Assembly: GCF_009914755.1 (NCBI RefSeq)
Contig: NC_060945.1
DNA length: 64,000 nucleotides
Source of the DNA: the human T2T-CHM13v2.0 reference genome, Homo sapiens
Strand: one strand, 5' to 3'
Within the stretch, counting starts at the first letter, position 1. Every line of letters starts with the position of its first letter. Position numbers and translations under genes: made by a program. Below are positions 1-29,495 of this stretch, in pieces. The notes below the pieces were generated by a model. That model searched no databases. It was given only the letters and a program-made list of their open reading frames with translations, and had not been told where the DNA came from.

Positions 1-198
1 CATTTATGGTCAACTGAATTCCAACAAAGGTGCCAAGACAAATCAATGGAGAAATGATAAAAGAATAATCTTTTGAACAAATGGTGCTAAAACAACTGGA
101 TATCCACATGCAAAGGAAGGAAGTTGAATACCTACCACACACCATATACAAATATTAACTCAAAATGGATCAAAGATCTGAATATAAGAATTAAAGCT

Positions 199-510
199 GG
201 CCGGGCGCAGTGGCTCACGCCTGTAATCCCAGTACTTTGGGAGGCTGAGGCGGGCAGATCACGAGGTCAGGAGATCAAGACCATCCTGGCTAGTATGGTG
301 AAACCCCGTCTCTACTAAAAATACAAAAAAAAAAAAAAAATTAGCCAGGCGCGGTGGCAGGTGCCTTAGTCCCAGCTACTCAGGATGCTGAGGCAAAAGA
401 ATGGCGTGAACCCGGGAGGCAGAGCTTGCAGTGAGTGGAGATCGCACTGCTGCACTCCAGCCTGAGCGACAGAGCAAGACTCCGTCTCAAAAAAAGAAAA
501 AAAAAAAAGA
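199..510 (+). mobile_element. AluY-like full-length element
   Basis: ggccgggcgcagtggctcacg, both arms, A tail, TSD aattaaagct (189-198 and 514-523). Confidence 0.92.
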
Positions 511-534
511 AAAAATTAAAGCTATAAAATTCTT

Positions 535-660
535 TATTTATTTTTTTGAATCTTACGCTGTCACCTGGGCTGGAGTGCAGTGGCACAATCGCAGCTCACT
601 GCACCCTCAACCTCCTGAGTAGCTGGGACTACAGGCCTGCACCGCCACACCCAGCTAATT
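535..660 (-). mobile_element. Partial antisense Alu right arm
   Basis: ctggagtgcagtggcacaatc...gtagctgggactacagg. Confidence 0.85.
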
Positions 661-667
661 TCATACT

Positions 668-807
668 TAACAGACTAAAGTACACTGTAAACACAACTTT
701 TATATATGCTGGGAAACCAAAAAATTCATGTGACTCACTTTATTGTGCTATTTGCTTTACTGCAGTAATCTGGAACCAAACCTACGGTATCTCTGAGGTA
801 TGGCTGT
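668..807 (+). mobile_element. Tigger1 3' terminal fragment
   Basis: Similar to the 3' end of the element at 11720-11858 (gggaaaccaaaaaattcatgtgactca...tctctgaggtatggctg followed by ta). Confidence 0.8.
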
Positions 808-909
808 ATTTCAAAATCATATCTCTGATAAGGTACTAGTATATTACAAATACCTCTTACAACTCAGTAACAGAAAGGAAAATAACCCAATTAAAATATG
901 GGCAACAAG

Positions 910-5049
<4,140 letters not shown>

Positions 5050-5050
<1 letters not shown>

Positions 5051-5540
5051 ACCTCGAGAGCCTCAAGGTTATCTCCGTAGTCCAACAAGTGTCCATGCCC
5101 AGAAGAGATCTTGTAGACGACACTCCCATACCAAAGCCTGACTTTATGCTGTTTGTTAAGAGGGTCTCATCTTAAAAGTACAGAGTCAATACAAGGCTGG
5201 TGATGAAGTCACCTGGGTCAAGGTTCCAGAGTGGTCTTCCTTCTTATAGTGCCTCAAATTATATTTGTTTGCTACCTGTTGCATTAAAAGTTTCTGTTCA
5301 GCTATTGTCCTGACAGATGATTCAACAGGTGATTCCGCAAAAAAAAGACGAAAAAATAATGTTGATCAGTGCTCAAGTTGTAAATCAACTCTCTCCAAAC
5401 TAACCTCACCTTTCAGGAGGTTCAACCACAATGGGGGAAACAGGACAATGCTAATGATCTCTCCTAGAGATCAAGGTACATGAGAAACAAATGGGTGCTC
5501 AAAGAACCAAAAACAGCAACAAGGACTCCTGCACACCTAG
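5050..5540 (+). mobile_element. Degenerate endogenous retrovirus pol fragment (RNase H region, probably class I)
   Basis: Conceptual translation VVQQVSMPRRDLVDDTPIPKPDFMLFV, then YKAG(D)EVT and KNNVDQC, resembling the retroviral RNase H motifs F-x-DGS, AGYAVV and GNxxAD. Confidence 0.6.
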
Positions 5541-5559
5541 AAAAAGATGGGCTGTTCTG

Positions 5560-5790
5560 AAGACATGGGGAAAGGGAGCCACCAGCACATAAAATGGTAC
5601 AGTCACTGTGGAAACCTGTCTGGCAGTTCCTCAAAAAGCTAAACAGAGTTACTACACCCTGCTATTCCACCCCGAGGTAGATACCCAGAAAAACTGAAAC
5701 ATACATCCACACATAAACTTCTGCACAAATGCTCGTATCAGCATTATCCATAACAGTCAAAAGGTGGAAACAACCCAAATGCCTGTTTAT
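5560..5790 (+). mobile_element. Old L1 3' fragment
   Basis: aaatggtacagtcactgtggaaa...gttcctcaaaaagctaaacagagttac...tggaaacaacccaaatgcc. Confidence 0.75.
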
Positions 5791-7923
5791 TGACCCTTCA
5801 CTGCTGACTTAGACTCTGACAACAGAAGACCAGTAAGTTTAAGCTCAAAACTGGCACCTTATTCTTCCACATGCAGAGTCACACAATTCTAGGACTGGGA
5901 TACCATAATTGTCATCTAGTGTCAGACTCTTCTCAGAAGACAAAAACCGAAGGTCATATATTCAAGAATACAGGGTTAGTCAGTGGCAGAAGCAGCAATG
6001 GACATGAGGCCTCAAGCCCCACCTGGCCTTTTCTGCACGCCACACTGCCTCCATGTGTTGGTGTGAGCGTGTGGAGGAGGAGGGATTGGCAGGCCAAGAG
6101 CAGCCACGGTCACTGACACAAAGGTGCTCTGCTGGTAACTTTGTGTAACTAGGAAGGTCCCTGGAAGACTAAGCTGGATCCAGTCCTGCCCCCAAATTAT
6201 CAATCATCAAAAAGTAATTTTGATGCTGCAATTATTATCTAACATTATTTGAATACATAAACCAGAGACAAGGAGTACAATCATGATTTTCAAATCACTG
6301 AAAAGCAGAAAAAGCATTTAAAAGATTTCACTAGGAAGTTAAGCAGTTAATCTTCACAGGACTGTGAAGATTTCCGTCTCTTTCACACTCTTCATTTGCC
6401 CTCTTATCCAAGTTACTGGAAACAATCACATTGATATCAATGTGCTATCATTTACTACGGTTCAGTAGAAAATTCACAATATGTAAAGTAATAAGAGCAG
6501 ATGTTACTATTCCACCTTACAGATGTCCAGAGAACTGACATCCTGGGAAGTAGATTCACTGAGCCAAACCTCTGCACTACACTAACCTATCATTAAAGAA
6601 CAGTGACTACAGTTGAGTAGAAATTTAACAATTTCAAGGTTTAAATAAATTTCTGATTTCCAGCTTTAGCTTAGGATACAGAAAACTGGTAACAGCTACC
6701 CCATTCTTTCCGGGGGCAGAGGGAGAGATAATTTACCAAAATCACAGGTCTTCTTGAACACATTAGAGAGCTAAGGCTGGACATCAGCCAACCAATCTGA
6801 AAAATGACGAAAGACAACAGCCTCCAAGCAGATACATGAAGCAAGCACTTGCTCACCTGGGGCATATGCTGGACACCATACAAGGCAGCAAAAAAAATAA
6901 AAAATAAAAAAACCCCAGCTAAAATACTGAACAAATCACAAAATCAGTGGTTGCCTTGGGCTGGTGATGAGTGGAGAACTGGACTACAGAAGGATGGCGT
7001 GCAGGAAGTCTGGGGGAAGGAATTAGTTCCACAACCTAATTGTGGTGGGTAAATGACTGTATACTTTTGTAGAAATTTACAGAACTGCAAAAAGGTTTAA
7101 AAAAAAAAACTAAAGAATGAATTCACTGTATGTAAAATTTTAAAAAGAACATTTGTTTCAGAAGGAAAAGGATCCATTTGAGAGCTAACCCATGGTCTCT
7201 ATTACCTATCCCCACAGGATAGTCTTGGTATTTGAGACTCATAAGCCCCCAAGCCTCTGCAAATCAGCACTTTAATAAAATATTCTTCCCAGTCAAATTC
7301 ATTAACATGCAAATATAAGTGCCCACTATCCAACTCTTCATAAGAGTTCCTATGTAAACCACCACAAACACAGGAAAACAGCCGCGCTGAGCTTGAATGC
7401 TGGGCAACAGGGCGGCTTCACTCACAGCCCACTGCCTCACCAGCATGTCAGCCAGCAATTCAGGCAGCTCAGATTCACAACCAGCAACATGACAAGTCAC
7501 ATAGGTCATACGCCTTTGGGGTCACTTGCAAAGAGAAGAAAACGCAAATTATTTAATTTGCAAATGCCTTCTGTTAAAAGACAACCTTCAAACAATGTTT
7601 TTAAAGGGAGGGCAATGCAAGCCTGCTACAACTGTAGGTGCCATGATGAACGTATAGAATGCTGCCCTGCACTGGAGTAAGGAATAGCCAGAAAACATCA
7701 CAGTCTCAGCATCCACCCCGCAAGAACTATCATCAAGTTTTAAAGGATTAAGAAACAAATGTCTACACAGACCTACCCCATTAGGATTTCAATAAAAGAA
7801 TAACACCAAAAGAAAAATAAAATTTTCTCTCACTTTAACAGCAGAGAATTTTCCTAAGAACAGCATGGGAAAATAATAAAGCAAATAAAGCAGAGATTAA
7901 AGATCAATGTAAAAAAAAAAGTC

Positions 7924-8319
7924 TGAAATTAAATAATTCAAACTTAAAGCTGTTGGGACTTTAAATTATCCCAACCATTGTGAGGAATGTAGATATGCGG
8001 CTGCAAATTCTGCATTTTTCTTTCCTGTAAATAATTAAGACCAAACTGCTGAAGATAAGACTTCCTCAGATAACCCTCCTTGGAATGTAGCAATCTATAA
8101 ACAGTCAAATCACTGTGGCACACACACTGGTCTTGTATGGAAAATGTTCTAATCCTGCTGGAACTTCTCTGTCTCTGCCTATATCAGTGATATCTTCTTC
8201 ACTTTGGAACCCTGACCCCACTGGTTTGAAGTTGGTGTTTCTGAGTGGCCACCGTCAAGCTCTGTGCACAAATAAACTCTGTACTTAGTCATATTTTCTG
8301 AATCTCGTTAAGGCTGATA
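7924..8319 (+). mobile_element. ERV1 solo LTR (MER57-like)
   Basis: Begins TG, ends tgata (degenerate TGACA), AATAAA near 3' end, 4-bp TSD agtc at 7920-7923 and 8320-8323. Confidence 0.7.
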
Positions 8320-8382
8320 AGTCACAGCAATGTATTGAACCATTTCACTGACTTCAGAACAAAGAGCCTCAATACTCACTAG

Positions 8383-8712
<330 letters not shown>

Positions 8713-9255
8713 GCTTCTATACTGAGAAATTATTTAGTTCCTGGACTTTATCCCTTATGATAGTTCTGAGACGGAATTTTATCATAACTCTCAGGGAAAG
8801 GTTTACTTTATTATCTTTTAGGAGAATTTTACTGAAGAGGCAATTTAGGTTTTTGGAATTATATAATTATTATACTAAAACAACAGCAAAGAGCTCAGCT
8901 TAAGCTTAGCTTAAGGCTTTTACTTTAGCTAGCCAGACAGTAAAATTATGATTCTGAATAAAAGCAGCTAAACTTACTTGTTTTTTTCTGTCAAGGTACA
9001 TAACTACACAGAACATGCAAACTCATCTGTTTCCTTCAGATCATTCATTCTTAATAACTGATACTTATCAGAATCACCTGGGGTGATTTTCCAAAATAAA
9101 CATACCCGGTACCTATCCCAGAACTATGGAATCAGATTATCCAGGGTGCTCCCCAGCATTAATATCTGAAAACACTCCTGAGAGATGTTTACACACTCTC
9201 AACCCTGACTGTAAACACCAGTCTCTGTAACAGTCACTACAGCTGAAAAGAATTA

Positions 9256-11858
<2,603 letters not shown>

Positions 11859-11865
11859 CACTTAC

Positions 11866-11998
11866 TCGTGACAATTCCAGCCAGAGCGAAAACAAACTGA
11901 CTTTCATCCGAATCCAGCTCCTGGACATCACCGTCTAACGACTTCACAAAACTCTCCATTGTTTGACCAGTGATGCTGAAAAACTTCAAAGCTTTATC
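11866..11998 (-). CDS. HSF2BP: HSF2BP coding exon, DKALKFFSITGQTMESFVKSLDGDVQELDSDESQFVFALAGIVT(N), armadillo region
   Basis: Acceptor aactttcag|GAT, donor A|GTAAGT, 133 nt; the gene continues beyond the window start. Confidence 0.96.
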
Positions 11999-13419
11999 CT
12001 GAAAGTTTGAAAATCAGAGTGTCATATCTTTTTACAGACACTAGTGTGAAAACATTTTAAAAGTGCAGGATACAGAAGATTCTAGTTTTAATTGTAGAAT
12101 ATTGTAAAATCTATTCCCTCATTAAAAGTTCCCATTAAAAGAACAGAGAAAGCAGCTTGAGGCATGCAGGAGCAACAAAAACTACCCTGAAGATTGGTGG
12201 ACTCTTCACACGCATAAATATGATATAGGACAAATGTACATGATGATGAAAGTAAATGGGAAGAATTCACTCAAAATGTAATAAAAATATACTAGAAAAA
12301 CATGCTGCCTATTTGCTCTGGGCATTAAACCAGAGGTGTTCAAACCTTTAGCATAACTTTTTTCAAAAAAAAAAATCTTAATGAAAACATGTAAAAGAGG
12401 TAAAGACTGGCTCCTCTGGTAGTTTAAATCTTCATCACTTGGCAAAAAGCATTTCCAAGTTTGAACCTTTGAGTTACTTCCTTTGGGGTGCTAGAGTTCT
12501 GAAGAAGAATTTTAAAACCAATGTACATTTTAACCCAGTTAAAAAATTGGAAATATTTGCATTTACAAATGATATAAGAAAACTTCATGGATGATCAAAT
12601 AATCTAAAACTGGGTTGTGGTGATGGTTAATGCAACTCTAAAAATTTGCTAAAAACCACTAAATTGTACATTTACAATCTTACAGTATGTAAATTAAACC
12701 TAATAAAGCTCAACAAACTTTTAAAAACACATTTAGTCTTTCCACCTAAAGTCAAACACAACTGTTATTTCTATTAGCAGTAACTAATTTCTCACTGGTT
12801 TCCTGCCACACGTCCCCCTCTTCACCTTCATTTCCAGTCATGATCACGCCATGCTCCCAGAGTCAAACACCGATCTTTTTTGGCTCCTCTTGTCCCCTCC
12901 AGGTGCCCACTCTGCCCGGCCATCGCATCTGCCTCAACTGCCACAGCTCTCATACATGTTCCTTCTTTCCCATCTCCCCTGCAGAGGGCCGAGCTCACTC
13001 CAGCCAGACCAGCTAGAATGACCACCTCATCAGTCATCCTGTGTAGACGCGATGTGCCACAACTCCACCTCCTAATCCATCCTCACCCACTGTCAGGTGA
13101 ATCTTTCTAAAATTCTGCTCTTATCCTATCACTTTTATTGAAAAACCCTTAGGGAAAATCCAGTCTTCCCACCTACAGAATGAATCACCAACCTGGTATT
13201 CAAGGTCCCAAAGTCACATCCCAACCTACGTTTAAGCTTTACCTCCCCACTACTCTATGACATTAACTCTCCACTGTGTCAACTGACCTACTCACTGTCC
13301 TAAAACAAACCCACCCATTTTCTGCCATTTCTACCTATTCATCAAGGCCCATTTCAAATTTATCCCCTTCTGTGAAGTTCCCTGACAAATGCCTGCACGC
13401 ATGCATACATGTGCGTGTG

Positions 13420-14041
13420 CACGCTCCCACACACACACATGCTCCCACACACCCACACGCTCCCACACACACGATCCCACATACACAGGCTCACAGGCAC
13501 ACACACTCCCCCCCCACACACGCTCCCCACACACACACTCCCACACACACAGGCTCCCACATACACACACATGCTCCCACACACACACACGCTCCCCCCC
13601 CACACACGCTCCCACATACACACGCTCCCACACACACACACGCTCTCCCCACACACACGCTCCCCCAAACACACACACGCTCCCACACACACACTCACAC
13701 AGTCTCACACACACACGCTCCCCCACACACACACATGCTCCCCCACACAAACACACATACGATCCCACATACACAGGCTCACACACACACACACACACTC
13801 CCCCACACACACGCTCCCCCCACACACACACACAGGCTCCCACATACACACACACGCTCCCACACACACACTCCCCCACACACACATGCTCCCATACACA
13901 CACGCTCCCACACACACACGCTCCCCCCCCACACACACACACTCCCCCACACACACATGCTCCCACACACACACACAGTCACACACACATGCACATGCTC
14001 AAACACACATGCTCACACACACACGCTGCCACACACACACA
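13420..14041. repeat. CA-rich minisatellite, core unit (CA)4-6 CGCTCC, with ~280-bp higher-order duplication
   Basis: Dozens of acacacacgctccc units; produces the stop-free HT/CV low-complexity ORFs in the track. Confidence 0.95.
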
Positions 14042-14409
14042 CAGTTGAACCTTGAAAACAAGGGTTTGAACTGCACAGGTCCACTTACACAAGAATTTTC
14101 TTCAGTAAAAGTTACACCAAGTGTGTCTGCTGCTCCAGCCTCCCCTTCCACCTCCTCCACCTCTACCACCCTTTAGACAGCAATGCCAACCCAACCACTC
14201 CTCTTCCTCCTCCTCTTCAGCCTACTCAATTTGAAGATGATGAGGGGGAAGACCTTCATGATGATCTAACATACAAAAAATGTGTTAATCAACGATTTAT
14301 GTTGTCAGTAAGGCTTCCAGCCAACAGTAGAGAGAGTCAAAAGTTCTATGTGGCTTTTCGACTGTGCAGGGGGTCAGCGCCTCCAACCTCCATGTTGCTC
14401 AAGGTTCTG
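14042..14409 (+). mobile_element. Tigger2-family (MER28-like) non-autonomous DNA transposon
   Basis: 5' TIR cagttgaaccttgaaaacaagggtttgaactgcacaggtccac and degenerate 3' TIR tgttgctcaaggttctg. Confidence 0.8.
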
Positions 14410-14815
14410 CATCTATATGTATGTGTGTGTGTGTGTATGTATAAACACACACACACATCTACATACATGTATATATGTTAGATAACACAATATTCAATAA
14501 ATACTATATTAACCATGAGATAATATATATAAAAGCACTTTTGATCTTCTTAAACACATGTAAAGTATTAATACTGAAGTGGTAATATGTCCACATATAC
14601 CACAAGGTCTCCTGGAGAGAAGGGATCTTATTTCATTCCCTTTGCATCAGGTTACAATGAACCATATACGATAAGTATTCAATAACTAGCTGATGAGTGA
14701 ACAAAAGAAAATGGAAAGATATGGACTTAGTCTTTAAATGCCTTAATAAGCTATATGCTCTAATTTACACAAGCAGTAATCAACAATATCTGGAGAGCCC
14801 ACTGACCATACTTAC

Positions 14816-14965
14816 TCCTCCCAAAATGGCCTTGACGACTTCCTCACTGCTGGAGACACCCCACAAGAGGGTACACGCTGCTGCTCCCATTTCTGTACAA
14901 TACTCTGCCTGCTGCAGGAGTTGCTGCTTCGCTTCATTCAACTGCTGTCGAAGAGCCAGTTTCTC
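14816..14965 (-). CDS. HSF2BP: HSF2BP coding exon, EKLALRQQLNEAKQQLLQQAEYCTEMGAAACTLLWGVSSSEEVVKAILGG
   Basis: Acceptor gttttgcttttag|GAG, donor GGA|GTAAGT, 150 nt, open frame. Confidence 0.96.
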
Positions 14966-16619
14966 CTAAAAGCAAAACAAAATTGAAAAATAAATAATAG
15001 CATTCAACCTTGATATATCTTTATTACATTTCCTCTTTCACAAAGATATTTATTAAAGAAATGCATGTATAATTATAGAAAATAGTTGCAAATGAAAGCT
15101 AGTCCTAAGAGAACCATAATCTGTATCTACAAAAGAAATTTCAAAGGCAAAAATATTTGAGAAATATCTGAGGAAAGAACATACTACCACATTATGGTTG
15201 ATAAACCCACAGAGCTGAATTCATCTGCTTTAAGTAACTACATGAAATATCTCAAGCCCCAAGTAACTATACCCAGAACCAGCACCAACCGAGGCTTCTG
15301 AACAAAAACAACCTCACAAAGCAATTTACCCAGAAAGCAACATTTCTAAGACAGGAGACTGCCTCCTCCAAATGGCTCACTCCATTGAAAAAACGCCATC
15401 TGCCAGAGGCAGACACCAAATAAAAGGCACTTGGACATCAGGATTTGTAAAAAAACAAGTACTTTAGAAAAACTCATCCTGTATAAACGTATCCTTAACT
15501 CCTCATGAGAATATTGCCAAAGGTGCCAGTAAATATAAAATACAATCTGTGAAGCTAAACAGGGAAAGAAAACCTAAAACCTAAGACCAGGTAGGAAAGA
15601 TGGGAGGAGGGGCAAAAAGAAGTGTGAAGGCTGGGAGTCCTATTCATGCCCTGGTGCAGCAAGCCAGTGCCAGTCTAAGAAGAAGATGGAGGCTAGGAAG
15701 AGTTTCCTACTCTCCCACCAGCAGTGTCTGAGGTGACCTGTAGCTGGGCAAGTCTCCACCATGGCACTCTTCACAAGGGAAACACAGGGAATGGCCGTCC
15801 TGATGGCCCTCCTGACAACACAAGCACACTTCGAGGATTCACCTTGAGTGTACTGCTAGAGTGATGGGGGGCTTCCTGTCCTCTCCAACCACCAGCACCA
15901 GGTACCTGAAATTCCCTTAAAAGGTGATAGCATTTCCTGATTTAATAAGACAAAAACTGAAAAATATAAAACCCCAGTTAAATTCATTTATACCAAATGT
16001 AATTAGTTACATAAACCACAAAATTAAAGTATATTAAATGCTGTAGATTTTCTTTTAGAGAGATAAATACAAGACAAAGTAGAGGGGGCTTTTCACCCCC
16101 TGGAGGAAAAAGGGAGCTTTGGAGCCACAAATCAAAACTGTTGACCTCATAACTTGGATTAGGGTGGCCCACTCATAGTTACCTGGAGACAATGCGTTTG
16201 GCACACAGAGATTCATACACATTCATACGTATATGCACACATGTATTTAAGAAAAAAATGGCCACTGAGCCTCTGGCACATGCTAATACTGCATCATGTG
16301 ATCTGTCAGCTCCGGGTTTTTAATGTCTTCATTATAGCAACAATCTGGACTCCTAGATTCATCCTTTCAGTGTACGTAGCTGAACACAAGTCATGGTGAC
16401 ACATGAAGAAAACTATGTCACAGCACTTCCTTTTGGAATTCTAGCTTTTCTCACAACTTAAGCTGTCTGCATCTCAATTAGTCAGGATATGGTGGTTCTT
16501 CTGCACGACCACAAAAAGACTACTGAGAAGAACCAGGAAGGACTTTGCTCACTACAGTCACATTTGGTAGTTGCAGGAGGATATTCCCCAACGCAGGGTT
16601 CCACACATAGTATAATAAT

Positions 16620-19000
<2,381 letters not shown>

Positions 19001-19067
19001 TGGACAAAATCCAACACTCAGTAATTATAAAAATAAATAAATAAATAAATAAATAAAAATTCTCAGT

Positions 19068-22300
<3,233 letters not shown>

Positions 22301-22605
22301 AAATTTTTTTGTTTCCAGTGGGATTGGACCAAAAAATTTTAACCAAAAAAAAAAAAGCTGTATAAATTTACTAAAAACTATCAAACTATACAATTACAAT
22401 GCAAAAAAATTTTTGTGGTACAAAATATACCTCAATAATGCTGTTTTAAAGAAACAATAATCAAACCCTGATATATTTTCCTGTTTAAAGGAATACTCAT
22501 ACATAACAGTTTATCAAGCACAAAACTCCCAAGATTTCCTCAATATCTTTCTGTAGTTCATTCTGTATTTTAGCTTAACTACAATTTTTCTTTTAAAAGT
22601 TTCTT

Positions 22606-24554
<1,949 letters not shown>

Positions 24555-24831
24555 TGTTAGTACTATTATCATCCAAAATAAAAATATATCCAGGCCCCAA
24601 ATTTTATAAAAAGTGTCAGAATAGTTCTAGTTCTATGGAAAAGGAAGTTATGCCACACAAAAAGTTAAACTAAGCAATTTTTAAGAAATATTAGTTTCTC
24701 TAATATTTATATAAAATATAACTGGCTAAAATGTAATAATCCCCAAATTAATTACATGTACTTCTGATTTAATACATCTATGTCCAACTATAAGATATTA
24801 TGTACATGATTTTTTCCTCCGAGACTCTCAT

Positions 24832-25573
<742 letters not shown>

Positions 25574-25831
25574 AATTATGAACCTTTATGTTGTAGGGCA
25601 GATTTTTAAACATAAAAGTTAAAAGATACCAAGTGAATGATCTACGTGTTAAATGGTTATAAAATCCATCTGTTCAACTACATTCCAACCCACTCAGAAT
25701 ACATACATTTACAAATACAATTTATTGAGGATTAAGAGTAAAAAATTCAGTCCCACTGCTTATCATAAGTGAAAGGCTGTAAGCCAGCCCCACTTTCTGG
25801 CTTGGTGAGAGTCTGTCCCTGAGCATGGTAC

Positions 25832-25935
25832 CTTCTTCTCTCTTATGTTGTCGGCCTGCACGGTTTCCAGGCGGGCTTTAAAGTGCTCACAATCCATTTT
25901 CAGCTGCTCTAATTCTTGCTCTTTCCTTTCCAGGT
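25832..25935 (-). CDS. HSF2BP: HSF2BP coding exon, (N)LERKEQELEQLKMDCEHFKARLETVQADNIREKK, coiled coil
   Basis: Acceptor tctttctcctag|AC, donor AAG|GTACCA, 104 nt; restores phase after the 151-nt exon. Confidence 0.96.
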
Positions 25936-26761
25936 CTAGGAGAAAGACATAAAATTACTCAAGATATTTCAAGTCACTAATCTCTCCCTAAGCATCTATT
26001 TTGCCCAGTCTTGACTTAGTAAAATGTGTACTGATTTCTTAGGTGAGAATATTTGCATTTCTTGACTTCTAGCCTGTCCTTGAATAACCAATATTCTAAC
26101 AGTCCTGTTCTCTAAGTTCATCTCAGTTTTTAGCCCACAGCACAAAGGACTTTGGTTGTTTTCTGTTTTGTGTTTTTAAGGTTTCACTTTACTGCCAGAC
26201 TAGTACTCAAGGCTTCAAGAAAACATGTTATTTAAAGGATGGAAGGCAGAGCTGAGAAGCCCGACTGTCTCATGGCACAGACTTGTCGCTACTCCATGAA
26301 AAGCAGAAGGCAGCTCAGGGAGTGCACGGCGCCAGCACAGGCTGATTCACAAAGCTAGTGTCACCCACTGGCAGACTGACTCAATGGGAACAACTGCAGT
26401 AGTAGGCACTGGAGGAGGGAAAGAACAGTGATAAAAATGAGAAAATGCTATAGTGAAAGAGTGGAAACTATGTAATACTTCCTCTCCACCGCACTCATTT
26501 AGTTGATGAGTCAACAACAGCCAACAAAAATCCCAAAAAAATCCACGTCAATAAATCAAGCAAAAGTACTATCAACTTTAAATTTAAAATTTTATGTTGC
26601 AGAAATACTGACACTCGAAAAAACAAATATATAATACAAATTTTTAAGTGTTTGATCTCAAAAGCTAGGAAATCATCAGTTTTTATGCCAACATATACCA
26701 AGATTTGAGGGTGCTAAGAGCTAATGGTCTAACTTCTTTGATTAAAGTAGCGATGCTTTAG

Positions 26762-26948
26762 GACAATGATTCTCAAACTTTAGCGTACATCAGAATCCCT
26801 GGAGGACTTGATAATACAGAGTCGGCTGGGTTCCATCCACAGTTTCCAATTTGGAACGTCTGGGGTGAGCCTGAGAATTTACATTTCTAACAAGTTCCCA
26901 GATGAGACTCATGCTGCCTGTCTGGGACCCACACTTTGAGAACTACTT
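26762..26948. mobile_element. MER5A (hAT-Charlie) element
   Basis: caatgattctcaaactttagcgtacatcagaatc...cacactttgagaactac. Confidence 0.8.
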
Positions 26949-27576
26949 CTGGGCGATAACCTGGTCTCTCATCACCAATAAAATAAAATGAACATGCAAC
27001 ACATGACCAGCAACAGCAAACAAGGGAACCCATCCACAGGAATGTGAAAAAGCAAAAAAATGGAGAGTAATGGAAGGCAGCTACCTAATATTTGTCACAT
27101 GAAGGAATTTCACTTCTTTACACATTCCCTCTCCTAATCCTTGAACTGAGAAAAACACAAGGCAACTCTGGTTATCTGTTTCATTCTTGTACTGTCACTT
27201 GCGATGAGTGAGAAAGCCTCAAAGAGCCAGGCGCCTGGAAAACGGAACATTACTCCACCCTAGAGGAGAAAAAGCTCACAGACACTTCCTCAACTATCTG
27301 CAAACAAACGAGAAGCGGGTAGGGCTTTCGAATCTAGGGGTCTGAGAGGACAAGAGGAAGCCAGAATAAGACACTTGTGGGGACTGCTTAGAACCACACG
27401 TGTATCCCCAAAGCTCTAAAGGAAATGTTAAAAAGGAAGGAAGAAAGCAAGCTAGTCTCTAAATTTTCTAGAGACCCCGTCCTAGAAGAAAAATTAGAAC
27501 CTAAAAGTAAATATTCAGACCAGCTAAACATCATAAAATTGGCTGGCAAAGCTTCTCATAAAATGCGTTTCTTAGG

Positions 27577-29495
<1,919 letters not shown>

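Larger units (their letters stand above)
1..905 (+). mobile_element. Old L1 (L1M-type) ORF2 3' fragment interrupted by Alus and a Tigger1 end
   Basis: L1 ORF2-like text (aaaggtgccaagac, [10 protein letters not shown] in ORF 124..318, aacccaattaaaatatgggca). Confidence 0.8.

Noticed and set aside
5108-5125. gtagacgac resembling the 28S rRNA 3' region
   Set aside because: Only a 9-mer match; the flanks fit retroviral pol instead.
7426-7570. Possible cryptic HSF2BP cassette exon (acceptor cttttaacag at 7571; donors at 7440 or 7425)
   Set aside because: Signals are moderate, the lengths (130 or 145 nt) frameshift, and the sequence does not match the remembered HSF2BP protein; unsupported without RNA data.
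13276-14176. Long overlapping ORFs (up to 259 aa) rich in His-Thr or Cys-Val
   Set aside because: They arise from the CA-rich minisatellite, which lacks stop codons; no splice or domain support.
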